From: Mycobacteriales bacterium
Lineage (GTDB): Bacteria > Actinomycetota > Actinomycetes > Mycobacteriales > DASULA01
Length of the DNA stretch: 64,000 nucleotides
Assembly: GCA_036566245.1 (NCBI GenBank)
Contig: DATCWR010000086.1
Span: 3,139-67,138 of the forward strand
Direction: 5' to 3'
Below are positions 26,448 through 37,214 of the stretch, one piece after another. The translations under genes and the position numbers were made by a program. The notes under the pieces are model-generated. The model ran no database searches and was not told the origin of the DNA. It saw only the letters and a program-made list of their open reading frames with translations. The number at the start of each line of letters is the position of its first letter. The first letter of the stretch is position 1.

Positions 26448-27521
26448 ATGCACCTTCCCGTGCTCCCTCCGGTGGCACCGATGCTGGCCAAACCGGTCAG
26501 ATCTCTCCCCACGGACCCGGGCTACCTGTACGAGCCGAAGTGGGACGGGTTCCGGTGCATCGTGTTCCGGGACGGCGACGAGGTCGTGCTGGGCAGCCGG
26601 AAGGAGCGCCCGCTCACCCGGTACTTCCCAGAACTGGTCACCGCCATCCGGGTGAACCTTCCGGAGCGCTGTGTGGTCGACGGGGAGATCGTGTTGCCGC
26701 GCGGTGACCGCCTGGACTTCGATGCCCTGCTGGCGCGGATCCATCCTGCCGAGTCACGGGTGCGGATGCTCGCCGACCAGACGCCCGCGTCCTTCGTCGC
26801 GTTCGATCTGCTCGCCCGCGATGACGAGTCGCTGCTCGACGTCCCCTTCGCAGGTCGCCGCCAGGCGTTGGAGGAGGTGTTGCGCCCGGCCCGACCCCCC
26901 ATACACCTGACCGCGCTGACCACCGACGTCGCGACGGCCCAACACTGGTTCGCCACCTTCGAGGGCGCCGGGCTGGACGGTGTGGTGGCCAAGGCGGCCG
27001 ACCTGCCCTACCGCCCCGACCAGCGGCTCATGCTCAAGGTCAAGCACGAACGCACGGCCGACTGCGTGGTGGCCGGCTTCCGGTGGCACCGGTCCGGCCC
27101 GGTGGTGGGGTCGCTGCTGCTCGGGTTGTACGACGCGGCCGGACAACTCCAACACGTGGGAGTGGTGGCCGCGTTCACCGCCAGACGTCGACAGGAACTG
27201 GTGGACGAACTCGCGCCGTACCGGGTGAACGCCGAGCAGGACCATCCCTGGGCTGACCGGGCGACCGGTGGACCCACGGACGCCGACCGCCCGGCGCGGA
27301 TGCCCGGGGCGCAGAGCCGCTGGAGCGCGGGTAAGGACCTGTCCTGGGTGCCACTGCGGCCGGAACTGGTGGTCGAGGTCCGGTATGACCACATGGAGGG
27401 AAGCCGGTTCCGACACACCGCGCAGTTCGTCCGGTGGCGCACCGACCGCGAGGCCACCTCGTGTACCTACGCGCAACTCGAGGAGCCGGTGCGTTACGAC
27501 CTGGCCGACGTTCTCCGATAG
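26448..27521 (+). CDS. ligC: ATP-dependent DNA ligase, stand-alone LigC type
   Basis: MLAKP...YLYEPKWDGFRC (motif I KxDG). It has adenylation plus OB domains only (357 aa) and no polymerase or phosphoesterase domain. I chose the ATG at 26448. Confidence 0.85.
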   Translation: MHLPVLPPVAPMLAKPVRSLPTDPGYLYEPKWDGFRCIVFRDGDEVVLGSRKERPLTRYFPELVTAIRVNLPERCVVDGEIVLPRGDRLDFDALLARIHPAESRVRMLADQTPASFVAFDLLARDDESLLDVPFAGRRQALEEVLRPARPPIHLTALTTDVATAQHWFATFEGAGLDGVVAKAADLPYRPDQRLMLKVKHERTADCVVAGFRWHRSGPVVGSLLLGLYDAAGQLQHVGVVAAFTARRRQELVDELAPYRVNAEQDHPWADRATGGPTDADRPARMPGAQSRWSAGKDLSWVPLRPELVVEVRYDHMEGSRFRHTAQFVRWRTDREATSCTYAQLEEPVRYDLADVLR

Positions 27522-27624
27522 CGTCCGGTTGGCACCACCCGAACCCTCGAACTCCGGATCCGGGTTCCGCCCCGGCGAGGGCATGGAAAAGGTCACCAAC
27601 CCAGCCGTGGAATAGGTTGTAGAG

Positions 27625-29205
27625 ATGCGTCATGCCCGTGTCACCGCCGCCGTAGTGTTGGCCGGCGCGCTGTTGTTGGGCGCGTGTAGTGGAACCGGCG
27701 ACCGCGACTCCACCCGGTCGAGGACCTCGCCGCCGCAGCAGCCCACCCTCGGTGCGACCGCCTCGCCTGGTGAGCCGACGGTCAAACCGGTCAACTTCCG
27801 GGACTGCACGGAGGTGATCGGGCCACAGATCAGGGACAGGCCGGGAGGCGACCGTAAACTGTCCTTCGGTTGCGGCACGCTCAAGGTCCCGCTCGACTAC
27901 AACGACCCGGACACCGGATCGGTGACCCTCTACCTGGTTCGGATCCACCTGGCCGACCAGCACGACCGGATCGGTTCACTGTTGATCAATCCCGGTGGGC
28001 CGGGTGGCTCCGGACTCAATGCGGCGGTGGGTCTCTCCCTGCAGTTGCCTGTCGAGATTCTGTCCAGGTTTGATCTGATCGGCTTTGATCCGCGCGGGGT
28101 GGGGCTGTCCGACCCTGTTCATTGTGTTCCTGACGACCTGAAGGACGAGATCGCCGCCGCGGACCCCGATGCCCGAACCCCACAGGAGTTCGCCGACCAG
28201 GTGGATCTGAGCGACCAGATCGCCAAGCGGTGCGCGGACGAGTACGGCGACAAGCTCTCCCACTTCAACACGGTGGAGACGGCGCGGGACATGGACCTGA
28301 TCCGTCAGGCCGTCGGGGATGACAAACTGAGCTACCTCGGCTACTCCTACGGCACCCTGCTCGGTGCGGTGTACGCACAACTGTTCCCGCAACAGACCCG
28401 TGCGTTGGTTCTGGACGGCGCGGTGGATCCGACCCTGGACCAGATCTCGGCCAGCGAGGGCCAGGCCAAGGGCTTCGAGAACGCCTTCGACCAGTTCGCG
28501 GCGGCCTGTCGGGCCAGGGGCGCGGACTGCCCGATCGGTCCAGATCCGCGGCAGTTCCTGACCGCCCTGATCGACAAGGCCCGCACCGCACCGATTCCCA
28601 GCAGTCGGGAGGGCGAGAAGCGTCGGGCCACCGCCGGTAACGTGCAACTCGCGGTGCTGTCCGCGCTGTACGACCAGAACCAGTGGGACACCCTGGCCAG
28701 CGCGTTGGCCGCCGCGGACAACGGAGACGCCAAGGGCGTGTTCGCGCTCGATGACCGGTACAACGAGCGTGACGACAGCGGCCACTTCAGCAATATTCTG
28801 GACGCCAACATCACCGTCAACTGCAACGACACGAACGAGCGGATCGACCAGAAAACCATCCAGGCCAAGCTCACCGAATGGCGAAAAAAGTACCCGTTGT
28901 TCGGCGCGTCGCAGGCACTGGCCCTGCTGACCTGCCAGTCCTGGCAGGACGTCCGGCACGCGATTCCTCCGGTACGGGCGGCCGGGGCCGCACCGATCCT
29001 GGTGGTGGGCACCGTCAACGATCCGGCCACGCCGTACCGTTCCGCCCAGGCGCTGGCCAGGGAACTGTCCTCGGCAACCCTTCTCACCTGGGACGGGCAG
29101 GGGCACACCGCCTACCCGAAGACCCGGTGCGTGACCTCGACGGTGGATGCGTACCTGGTGAAGCTCACCGTGCCCGAACCGGCCGTGACCTGTCCGGCGA
29201 GTTAG
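27625..29205 (+). CDS. Secreted lipoprotein alpha/beta hydrolase (tripeptidyl aminopeptidase / TAP-like)
   Basis: Signal peptide plus lipobox LLLGAC, GYSYG nucleophile elbow, and a C-terminal TAP-like region (LLTWDGQGHTAY). Confidence 0.8.
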   Translation: MRHARVTAAVVLAGALLLGACSGTGDRDSTRSRTSPPQQPTLGATASPGEPTVKPVNFRDCTEVIGPQIRDRPGGDRKLSFGCGTLKVPLDYNDPDTGSVTLYLVRIHLADQHDRIGSLLINPGGPGGSGLNAAVGLSLQLPVEILSRFDLIGFDPRGVGLSDPVHCVPDDLKDEIAAADPDARTPQEFADQVDLSDQIAKRCADEYGDKLSHFNTVETARDMDLIRQAVGDDKLSYLGYSYGTLLGAVYAQLFPQQTRALVLDGAVDPTLDQISASEGQAKGFENAFDQFAAACRARGADCPIGPDPRQFLTALIDKARTAPIPSSREGEKRRATAGNVQLAVLSALYDQNQWDTLASALAAADNGDAKGVFALDDRYNERDDSGHFSNILDANITVNCNDTNERIDQKTIQAKLTEWRKKYPLFGASQALALLTCQSWQDVRHAIPPVRAAGAAPILVVGTVNDPATPYRSAQALARELSSATLLTWDGQGHTAYPKTRCVTSTVDAYLVKLTVPEPAVTCPAS

Positions 29206-29264
29206 CGGGTGGCCGGGCCGGACGGCCGCCGACCGGTCCGACCCGGCCCCGGCCCGGGGTCAGG

Positions 29265-30167
29265 TCAGGTCAGGTCACCCATCGCGGCCCGAACCGCACC
29301 GGCGACCTGCTCTGGTTGGTCGATCCAGGCCAGGTGCGCCGCGTCCGGGATGACGGTGACGGTGGACCGGGGCAGCGCGGCCTGCAACTCCTTGACGTTG
29401 TCGGTCGGGTGGAAGTCCAGCGCCCCCTGCACGATATGTACCGGACAGCGCACCGCCCGAGCCATGGCTCGCTGGTCGATTCCGGCCAGCGACGAGGTCA
29501 GCGCGGCGTGGGTGGACGGGTCGTGGTCGAACTCCTCGGTCAGCTCCCGTTGCCAGCGCACCCGCGCGGTGGATTCGTGCACGTATGCCGGTGCCTGTAG
29601 CGCCATCACCTCCAGGACGGCCGCGTGCATGGTGGGCCAGTCTCCACATGCCGCGGCAGCGTCCCGGCGGGCCTCGGCCGCGTGCAACGCGGTACGCCCA
29701 TGCTCGGTGAGACGGGCGTACACCGCGATGTCGGCACGGGCGGCAAGGTGTTCGTCCAGCGGTCCGGGGGCGATCAGAACCGTGCCACCGACAAGGTCGG
29801 GGAACAACGCGGCGGCCAGCAGGGCCAGGGTTGCCCCGTACCCGTGCCCGACCAGGACCATCTGGGTTACGTCCAGGTGCTCGGCCAACAGCGCCAGGTC
29901 GCTGGCAGCCTGCCGCACGGTCAGCGGGGTGCCCGGTCGAACCGGGCTGCGCCCGGTGCCGCGCTGGTGGAAGAGCACCGGCCGCCAGCCAGGCTGGGTC
30001 ACCGAGTTCGCCAGCGGCAGCAGATATCCCGGACCGTGGCCGGGACCGCCACCGAGAAAGACCACGACCCGGCCCTGGCCGGCGATGTCGTAGGCCAGGC
30101 GGAACCCGTCCAACGCGATCCAGCCACGGCGCCAGAGAATTCGGGGCGCGAAGTCGGTTTCAAACAC
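29265..30167 (-). CDS. Alpha/beta-fold protein of the proline-iminopeptidase type, with the nucleophile Ser replaced
   Basis: Overall alpha/beta-hydrolase layout. It reads FLGGGPG where HGGPG is expected and VGHGYG where GHSxG is expected; the C-terminal IPDAAHLAW is retained. GTG start at 30167, with TAGTTT 6 nt upstream and no SD, so it may be leaderless. Confidence 0.7.
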   Translation of the reverse strand: MFETDFAPRILWRRGWIALDGFRLAYDIAGQGRVVVFLGGGPGHGPGYLLPLANSVTQPGWRPVLFHQRGTGRSPVRPGTPLTVRQAASDLALLAEHLDVTQMVLVGHGYGATLALLAAALFPDLVGGTVLIAPGPLDEHLAARADIAVYARLTEHGRTALHAAEARRDAAAACGDWPTMHAAVLEVMALQAPAYVHESTARVRWQRELTEEFDHDPSTHAALTSSLAGIDQRAMARAVRCPVHIVQGALDFHPTDNVKELQAALPRSTVTVIPDAAHLAWIDQPEQVAGAVRAAMGDLT

Positions 30168-30289
30168 TGCGACAAACTACTTGAAGGCCGTCGGTAGTCA
30201 GCAGCTCAACACGAAACATCACCACTCGTACCCGATCAACCACGTTCGGCGGGTGCCGACCTGCGTCTGGCGGAAGGCGGCATGTCTGT

Positions 30290-31327
30290 TCACGCCTTGC
30301 GCCGTGCCCTGCTGGGGGCGACCCGGGTCGGTTCTCCTGCCGCCTTGGGAAAGTGTGGCGGATACGGTGCGTCGACCAGGCCGTGGTCTCGCTCATCCCG
30401 GTCGGCCCACTCCAGCAACGATGCCAACGACCATCGGGACTCCTTCGGTGCGTCGTCCAGACCCGCCTGTACGTCACCCAGTGCGGCGAATCGGGCCGGC
30501 ATGGTGCGCAGAGTGAAGTCGTCCGGTGCACAGTCGGGCAGTTCGTCCCAGCGCACCGGCGCGGACACCAACGCGCCCGGTCTGGCCCGGACGCTGTAGG
30601 CACAGGCCATCGTCCGGTCCCGGGCGTTCTGGTTGTAGTCGGCCAACACCCGCGCGCCACGCTGTTCCTTCCACCACGCACTGGTGACAAGGTCGGGCAG
30701 TCGCCGCTCCAGTTCACGGGCAAGAGCCAGTGCGGCCCGCCGCACCTCGGTGAAGGTCCACCGGGGTTGGATCGCCACGTACACGTGCAGACCACGTCCG
30801 CCGGAGGTCTTGGGCCACCCCACGGCACCCAACTCGGCGAACAGTTCCCGCACCGCCACGGCCACCTCCCGCACCTGGGTGAAACCGGTGCCAGGTTGCG
30901 GATCAAGATCCACCCGTAGTTGGTCGGGGTGTTCGGTGTCGGCGCGGCGTGAGTGCCAGGGGTGAAACTCGATGGTGGACATCTGCACGGCCCACAACAC
31001 CGAGCCCAACTCCGTCACACACAGTTCGTCGGCGTGCCGGCCCGACGGAAACTCCACCCGCGCGGTCTGCACCCAGGGCGGGGCACCCCGGGGCAGGCGC
31101 TTCTGGTAGATCGCCTCGCCGGCGAGTCCTTCGGGAAACCGCCGGAGCATGCAGGGTCTGTCCCGCAGTGCGCGCACGATCCCGTCGCCCACCGAGGTGT
31201 AGTAGTGGACCAGGTCCAGCTTGGTCGCCCCCAGGTCCGGGAAGTACACCCGGTCCGGGTTGGTCACCCGCACCACACGCGGACCGCCGGGCCCGTCGAC
31301 GGTCACCTCGGTGTACGGCGAGGGCAT
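30290..31327 (-). CDS. Stand-alone LigD-type polymerase/primase domain protein (PrimPol-like NHEJ/BER polymerase)
   Basis: MPSPYTEVTVDGPGGPRVVRVTNPDRVYFPDLGATKLDLVHYY...FHPW...LRVDLDP... is characteristic of the LigD POL domain. 345 aa. Confidence 0.85.
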   Translation of the reverse strand: MPSPYTEVTVDGPGGPRVVRVTNPDRVYFPDLGATKLDLVHYYTSVGDGIVRALRDRPCMLRRFPEGLAGEAIYQKRLPRGAPPWVQTARVEFPSGRHADELCVTELGSVLWAVQMSTIEFHPWHSRRADTEHPDQLRVDLDPQPGTGFTQVREVAVAVRELFAELGAVGWPKTSGGRGLHVYVAIQPRWTFTEVRRAALALARELERRLPDLVTSAWWKEQRGARVLADYNQNARDRTMACAYSVRARPGALVSAPVRWDELPDCAPDDFTLRTMPARFAALGDVQAGLDDAPKESRWSLASLLEWADRDERDHGLVDAPYPPHFPKAAGEPTRVAPSRARRKA

Positions 31328-31523
31328 GCTCGGACGCTACCCCGACACGGTGCTCCTGACGCACCGAACGCGTGATCCTCCACCGGTGTCGGTGTGGTCG
31401 CCACGCCGAACGGGCACCGCGTCATGATCAGGCAGGACAAGGCATCGTTCCTCAAATTATTGCCAAATCGAGTCATAACGGAAGATCACCCGCATAAGGT
31501 GTCCCCGCCAGAAGGAGGCCACC

Positions 31524-33893
31524 ATGCGCGTCGTTGTGACCCACCGAACCGCTGTCCTCGCCACCGCGGCACTGCTGGCCGGCGGAATGACCTTCCTCGC
31601 CAGCACGGGTACCGCGGCAGCCACCTCGCCCGACGTCACGATCAGCCAGGTGTACGGCGGTGGCGGAAACTCCGGAGCCACCCTCACCAGCGACTTCATC
31701 GAGTTGTTCAACCGTGGCACCACCTCGGTCACCGTGACCGGATGGAGTGTCCAGTACGCCTCGTCCACCGGCACGACGTGGCGGGTCACCCCGTTGTCGG
31801 GGGCGATACCACCGGGGTCCCACTACCTGGTCGCCGAGGCGACCGGCGCGGGGGGCACCCAACCGCTGCCGAGCCCGGACGCCACCGGCACCACCGCGAT
31901 GAGCGCCACCTCGGGCAAGGTCGCACTGGTGACCTCCACGTCGGCGTTGGGCTGCGGTACCACCTGCTCGGCGGCCACGGGGGTACGGGACTTCGTGGGT
32001 TACGGCTCGGCCAACGACTCCGAGGGTGGTACGGCGCCGACGCTGTCCAACACCACCGCGGCCCTACGGGCCGGTGCCGGCGGCGTGGACACCGACGACA
32101 ACGCCGCCGACTTCGTTCGGGGTACACCGAACCCCCGTAACAGCGTCAGCGGTGGTGGGTCGGTCGGCGCCAGGATCCACCAGATCCAGGGCGCCGCACA
32201 CCTCTCACCGGACAACGGCCTGACCGTCACCGGCGTGCCCGGGGTGGTGACCGCCGTCGGCAGCGCCCAGTTCTGGATGCAGGACCCACAGCCGGACGCT
32301 GATCCGGCCACCAGCGAGGGAATCTCGGTGTTCACCGGCACCGCTCCGGCGGTCGCGGTGGGCGACTCGGTGACCGTCAGCGGCAGCGTCAACGAGTTCC
32401 GGCCCGGCGGCAGTGGCGGTCTGACCAACCTGACCACGACCGAGATCACCACCCCGACCGTCACGGTGGCGGCCCACAACGTCCCGCTACCGGCCCCCAC
32501 GCTGGTCGGCCCGGGCGGCCGGGTGCCCCCGTCCACGGTGATCGAGGACGACGCGTCCGGGAGCGTGGAGACCTCCGGGGTGTTCGACCCGGCCACCGAC
32601 GGCATCGACTTCTGGGAGTCCATGGAGGGGATGCGGGTCGAGATCGACGACGCCGGGGTGGTCGGGCCCACCAACAGCTTCGGTGAACTGCCGGTGGTAC
32701 CGGCGGGCTCGTCGGTGCGAACCAACCGCGGCGGGATAGTCCTGCGGTCCGACGACGCGAACCCCGAGCGGGTCGTCCTCGACGACACACTGACGCCGAC
32801 GCCCGTCGCCAACGTCGGGGACTCCCTGCCCGGCGCAACCGTGGGCGTGCTGGGCTACGGCTTCGGGAACTTCATGCTCGAGGTCACCACGATCCCCGCC
32901 CTACACTCCGGCGGCCTGGTCCGGGAGACGACCACCGCCCCGGCAGCAGACCAACTGGCGGTGGCCACCTTCAACGTGGAGAACCTCTCCCCGGCCGACC
33001 CACAGACCAAGTTCGACCGACTGGCCGACACGGTGGTCACCAACCTCGCCTCACCGGACCTGGTGGCGGTCGAGGAGATCCAGGACAACTCCGGGCCCAC
33101 CGACAACGGCGTCGTCGCCGCCGACCAGACACTCTCGATGATGGTCAGCGCGATCCAGGCCGCCGGTGGTCCGACCTACACCTGGCGACAGATCGACCCG
33201 GTCAACGACCAGGACGGCGGACAGCCGGGCGGGAACATCCGGGTGGCCTTCCTGTTCCGCACCGACCGCGGACTGTCGTTCGTGGACCGGCCCGGCGGCG
33301 ACTCGACCACGGCTGTCCAGGTCGTGGTGACCGGCGGGGCACCGCACCTGTCGGCCTCACCGGGTCGGGTGGACCCCACCAACGCGGCATGGAACTCCAG
33401 CCGTAAGCCCCTGGCCGGCGAGTTCCGGTTCGCCGGTCGCACCCTGTTCGTGGTGGCCAACCACTTCGCCTCCAAGCTGGGCGACCAACCACTGGTGGGA
33501 CAGTTCCAGCCGCCGGCACGATCCTCGGAGGTCCAACGGCACCAGCAGGCCACCGTGCTGCGAGGTTTCGTGGACCAGATCCACGCCGCCGACCCGAACG
33601 CGGACGTGATCACCCTGGGAGACCTCAACGACTTCGACTTCTCCACGACCGCCGACATCCTGGTCGGCTCGGGAGACCTGGTTGACCTACCCCGCACCCT
33701 GCCGCCGGCCGAGCGCTACACGTTCGACTTCGAGGGAAACTCACAGGTACTCGACCACATTCTGGTCAGCACCTCGCTGACCCACGACGCGACCGGGGCA
33801 CAGAGCTTCGACTACGACGTGGTGCACGTCAACAGCGAGTTCGCCGACCAGGTCAGCGACCACGACCCACAGGTGGTGCGGCTGCGGATGTAG
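31524..33893 (+). CDS. Secreted ExeM/NucH-type nuclease (lamin-tail domain + endonuclease/exonuclease/phosphatase domain)
   Basis: Signal peptide (LLAGGMTFLASTGTAAA). The LTD segment reads ISQVYGGGGNSGATLTSDFIELFNRG...WSVQYASSTG. The C-terminal EEP segment reads VATFNVENL...VSDHDPQVVRL. Confidence 0.8.
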   Translation: MRVVVTHRTAVLATAALLAGGMTFLASTGTAAATSPDVTISQVYGGGGNSGATLTSDFIELFNRGTTSVTVTGWSVQYASSTGTTWRVTPLSGAIPPGSHYLVAEATGAGGTQPLPSPDATGTTAMSATSGKVALVTSTSALGCGTTCSAATGVRDFVGYGSANDSEGGTAPTLSNTTAALRAGAGGVDTDDNAADFVRGTPNPRNSVSGGGSVGARIHQIQGAAHLSPDNGLTVTGVPGVVTAVGSAQFWMQDPQPDADPATSEGISVFTGTAPAVAVGDSVTVSGSVNEFRPGGSGGLTNLTTTEITTPTVTVAAHNVPLPAPTLVGPGGRVPPSTVIEDDASGSVETSGVFDPATDGIDFWESMEGMRVEIDDAGVVGPTNSFGELPVVPAGSSVRTNRGGIVLRSDDANPERVVLDDTLTPTPVANVGDSLPGATVGVLGYGFGNFMLEVTTIPALHSGGLVRETTTAPAADQLAVATFNVENLSPADPQTKFDRLADTVVTNLASPDLVAVEEIQDNSGPTDNGVVAADQTLSMMVSAIQAAGGPTYTWRQIDPVNDQDGGQPGGNIRVAFLFRTDRGLSFVDRPGGDSTTAVQVVVTGGAPHLSASPGRVDPTNAAWNSSRKPLAGEFRFAGRTLFVVANHFASKLGDQPLVGQFQPPARSSEVQRHQQATVLRGFVDQIHAADPNADVITLGDLNDFDFSTTADILVGSGDLVDLPRTLPPAERYTFDFEGNSQVLDHILVSTSLTHDATGAQSFDYDVVHVNSEFADQVSDHDPQVVRLRM

Positions 33894-34001
33894 ATGGTCG
33901 ACATGGCACACGGTGACCCACCACACGCGGTGACCGGACAGCCATGTCACCACCTGCGCGAGCGGGGTGCTGGGAGAGCCGCACGGCGATACCGTCGGGT
34001 C

Positions 34002-34445
34002 ATGAACATGCCAGCACCCCGGGTCGCGCACACCGATGACGAGTGGCGGTCACGCCTGTCCCCCGCAGAGTTCCACGTGCTGCGGCAGGCCGGTACCGAA
34101 CGGCCGTGGACCGGCGAGTACGTGGACACCAGGACACCCGGCGTCTACCACTGCCGGGCGTGTGGGGCGGAGTTGTTCCGTTCGAACACCAAGTTCGAGT
34201 CGCACTGCGGGTGGCCAAGCTTCTACGCACCCACCGAGCAGGACAACGTCATCCTGCGCGAGGACCGCAGCATGGGCATGGTCCGGACCGAGGTGCTGTG
34301 TGCGAACTGCCACTCACACCTCGGTCATCTCTTCGACGACGCACCGCAGACCCCGACCGGAGACCGCTACTGCATCAACTCCGTGTCACTGCGTCTGGAG
34401 CCCGAGGGGTCGGGTGGGTCCGGGGACGGCCCGGTGCGGGACTGA
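34002..34445 (+). CDS. msrB: Peptide-methionine (R)-S-oxide reductase MsrB
   Basis: Two CxxC pairs ([24 protein letters not shown]) and the catalytic RYCINS. Confidence 0.9.
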   Translation: MNMPAPRVAHTDDEWRSRLSPAEFHVLRQAGTERPWTGEYVDTRTPGVYHCRACGAELFRSNTKFESHCGWPSFYAPTEQDNVILREDRSMGMVRTEVLCANCHSHLGHLFDDAPQTPTGDRYCINSVSLRLEPEGSGGSGDGPVRD

Positions 34446-35104
34446 AGTTCCGCCCAGGTGACCCGCGGCGTTCCCGGGCGTATCACTGCATAGATCGCCA
34501 TGTCCACCCAGGCATGTCCGACCCGGAACGACGCCCGTGACACACCCTCACGGTGCAACCCGGCCCGTTCGGCGGAGCGTTGGGATGCCACGTTGTCGAC
34601 CGCGATCCGGGCGCCGATCCGCACCAGCGGCAGCGTCCGGAACGCCCAGTCCACCAGCAGTGCGGCCGACCGGCCGGACAGGCCCCGGCCGCGGGCGGCC
34701 GGGAGCACCCAGTACCCCAGTTCACAACTGGCCGCCCGCACGTCGACACCGGTCAGCCCCACCATGCCGACGCAGCGCGGTTTGCCGCCGGGATCGGAAA
34801 GATCGGTCACCGCCAGCACCAACCCGGTTCCGGCGAGTCGTCTGGCGTGCTGCCGGGCTATCCAGTCCCGGCCCGCACCGGTGGTGTAGGCCGCGGGCAC
34901 CGTGGTCCCGGCCGGAATCGCCGGATCGGCCGTGGCCGCGCGGACCACCGGCAGATCCTCGGGGTCACGCCACGGGTGCAACGCCACCACCCCGTCGGTG
35001 AGCGCCGGAAGGGGGAGCGGCAGTCCCCGGTCCGGTCGGGTCACACCCACCGGCGCCACCTCGGCCCACGCTGGTGAACCGGCACCTGGGTTACCCGTCG
35101 CCAC
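34367..35104 (-). CDS. GNAT family N-acetyltransferase (RimJ/RimL-like)
   Basis: [28 protein letters not shown]...[19 protein letters not shown]. The start is uncertain. The 3' end overlaps msrB by 79 nt in convergent orientation. Confidence 0.7.
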   Translation of the reverse strand: MATGNPGAGSPAWAEVAPVGVTRPDRGLPLPLPALTDGVVALHPWRDPEDLPVVRAATADPAIPAGTTVPAAYTTGAGRDWIARQHARRLAGTGLVLAVTDLSDPGGKPRCVGMVGLTGVDVRAASCELGYWVLPAARGRGLSGRSAALLVDWAFRTLPLVRIGARIAVDNVASQRSAERAGLHREGVSRASFRVGHAWVDMAIYAVIRPGTPRVTWAELQSRTGPSPDPPDPSGSRRSDTELMQ

Positions 35105-35113
35105 GCTGCGCTT

Positions 35114-35821
35114 TTACGGAAGGGTCCCGACGATCTCGGCAATCGGCTTGCGTGCACCGGTGTAGAAGGGGATCTCTACCCGGGTGTGCCGACGGGCCTC
35201 GGCACCCCGCAGGTGCCGCATCAGGTCGACGATCCGGTGCAGTTCGTTCGCCTCGAAGGCCAGAATCCACTCGAAGTCGTTCAGCGAGAAGCTCGGCACG
35301 GTGTTCGCCCGCACGTCGGGGTACTGCCGCGCCATCATGCCGTGCTCGGCCAGCATGGCCCGCCGCTCGGCGTCGGGCAGCAGATACCACTCGTAGGACC
35401 GCACGAACGGGTACACACAGACATACCGCCCGGGCTCCTCGCCGGCGAGGAACGCCGGCACGTGGCTCTTGTTGAACTCGGCCGGTCGGTGTACCGCCAT
35501 CGAGGACCACACCGGTTCGCTGCCGCGCCCCAGCCGGGTCCGACGGAACCGGGAGTACGCCTCCTGTAGATCGTCCGAGGAGGCCGAGTGCCACCAGATC
35601 ATGTAGTCGGCATCCGCGCGCAGCCCGGCGACGTCGTAGGTCCCACGGACCACGACGTCCTTCGCGCCGAGTTGCTCGACGAAATCCTCGGCCTCGGCGG
35701 CCACCGCGGTGCGGTCGTCGTCGAGGATTCGCGCGTTGTCGGTCCGGGCCCGGAACACCGACCACATCGTGTAGCGGATGAGCTGGTTGAGCTCACGCGC
35801 CTTGTGTCGTCCTTCTGCCAT
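35114..35821 (-). CDS. chdC: Coproheme decarboxylase (HemQ/ChdC, chlorite-dismutase family)
   Basis: [23 protein letters not shown]...[17 protein letters not shown]...EIPFYTG. 235 aa from the ATG at 35821. Confidence 0.85.
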   Translation of the reverse strand: MAEGRHKARELNQLIRYTMWSVFRARTDNARILDDDRTAVAAEAEDFVEQLGAKDVVVRGTYDVAGLRADADYMIWWHSASSDDLQEAYSRFRRTRLGRGSEPVWSSMAVHRPAEFNKSHVPAFLAGEEPGRYVCVYPFVRSYEWYLLPDAERRAMLAEHGMMARQYPDVRANTVPSFSLNDFEWILAFEANELHRIVDLMRHLRGAEARRHTRVEIPFYTGARKPIAEIVGTLP

Positions 35822-37214
35822 ACCTCGATTCTGCCTCGCCACGGAGAAATATGGATACCTGGGCCGCCGCCTGGTGGCCAGAACGGATGCAGGCCGGAAC
35901 ACCGACTCCCCGGTAGGCCGCGCCACACACGGCCAGGCCGGGTACCCGGCTGGTCGCGGCCTCGATCCGCCGCACCCGGTCCAGGTGGCCGACGGCGTAC
36001 TGCGGGAGGGCCCCACCCCACCGGGTGACCCGCGCCCCGATCGGACCGGAGCGCAGGCCGGCCAACCCGGCCACCTCGCCGGCCACCAGGTCGGTCAACT
36101 CGCTGTCGTCACGGTGCAGCATCCGTTGGTCGCCGTACCGACCCACCGACGCGCGCAGCACGAGCCGGTCGCCGTCAGCCAGATGCCGCCACTTCACACT
36201 GGAGAAGGTCACCGCCTTGACCGCCCGCCCCTCACCGGCCGGCACCAGCACACCGCTGGTGGACGGGAACGTGACGCCCTGGTACGCGAGTGTCACCACG
36301 GCCACGCTCGCGTACTCGATGGCACGCAGTTCGGCTGCCGCCCATGGCGCCACGCCGGTCAACATGCCGGCAGCCTTGGCCGCCGGCACAGCCACCACCA
36401 CCGCGTCCGCGTCCAGGTAGGTCGGGGTGGGCACCGGCCCGGCGGTCAACCGGAAGCCGGTCGGGGTGCGGCGGATGTCCCGTACCGGAAGGCCCAACCG
36501 GACCTGTGGGCCGCCGGCCCGGACAACCGCGTCCGGCAGCGAACCCAGCCCACCCCGCAGCGTGGCGAAGACCGGTCCGCCGGCCGTCGGCGTGGTCGAC
36601 CGCAGGTGGCGGACCGCCCGGACCAGCGATCCGGTCCTGGTCAGTGCGGTGGCCAGCGTCGGCACCGTGGCACGCAGCGAGAGCAGGTCGGCGCGCCCGG
36701 CATAGACCCCGCCCAACAGGGGATCGACCAACCGCTCCACCACCTGGCGGCCCAGCCGTTCGGCCACCAACGCGCCGACCGCGACGTCCTCGTCCTCGCC
36801 CAGTGGTCGTCCGGGCAGGTCCGGCTCGGCCACCAGTCGGGCCAGGGTCTGTTCGGAGAACATCCCCGAGTCGCCCACCGCCTCGGCGCCAGCCGGGATC
36901 CCCATGACCGTGCCGGCCGGCAGTCGACGGCGTACCCCGTCGGCGAGTACCGAGGCGGAGGTGGTCACCGGGTGGGTGATCGCGTCGGTCAGTCCCACCT
37001 CGGTGGCCAGTGCCACGCCCTCCGGGGCGCGGCACAGCATCGCCTCGGCGCCCTCGTCCACGTCGATGCCGGCGACCGGCGACACCCGCAGCTTCCCGCC
37101 GATCCGGGTCGAGCCCTCCACCAGCAGAACCTCGGTGCCCTCCGGGGCGCTCTGACACAGGGCACGCGCCGCGGCCAGACCAGCGATTCCCGCCCCCACA
37201 ACCACCACTCGCAT
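35793..37214 (-). CDS. hemY: Coproporphyrinogen/protoporphyrinogen oxidase (HemY/CgoX)
   Basis: [19 protein letters not shown] fold. 473 aa. It overlaps the chdC start by 29 nt. Confidence 0.85.
   Translation of the reverse strand: MRVVVVGAGIAGLAAARALCQSAPEGTEVLLVEGSTRIGGKLRVSPVAGIDVDEGAEAMLCRAPEGVALATEVGLTDAITHPVTTSASVLADGVRRRLPAGTVMGIPAGAEAVGDSGMFSEQTLARLVAEPDLPGRPLGEDEDVAVGALVAERLGRQVVERLVDPLLGGVYAGRADLLSLRATVPTLATALTRTGSLVRAVRHLRSTTPTAGGPVFATLRGGLGSLPDAVVRAGGPQVRLGLPVRDIRRTPTGFRLTAGPVPTPTYLDADAVVVAVPAAKAAGMLTGVAPWAAAELRAIEYASVAVVTLAYQGVTFPSTSGVLVPAGEGRAVKAVTFSSVKWRHLADGDRLVLRASVGRYGDQRMLHRDDSELTDLVAGEVAGLAGLRSGPIGARVTRWGGALPQYAVGHLDRVRRIEAATSRVPGLAVCGAAYRGVGVPACIRSGHQAAAQVSIFLRGEAESRYGRRTTQGA

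Noticed and set aside
29260-29277. Tandem TCAGG x3 repeat
   Set aside because: This is a very short microsatellite-like run overlapping the stop codon of the minus-strand alpha/beta-fold gene, with no evidence of function.
34367-34445. 79-nt convergent overlap of msrB and the GNAT gene
   Set aside because: It most likely reflects a non-conserved, low-complexity C-terminal tail of the GNAT ORF (…[21 protein letters not shown]) rather than a functional antisense arrangement.
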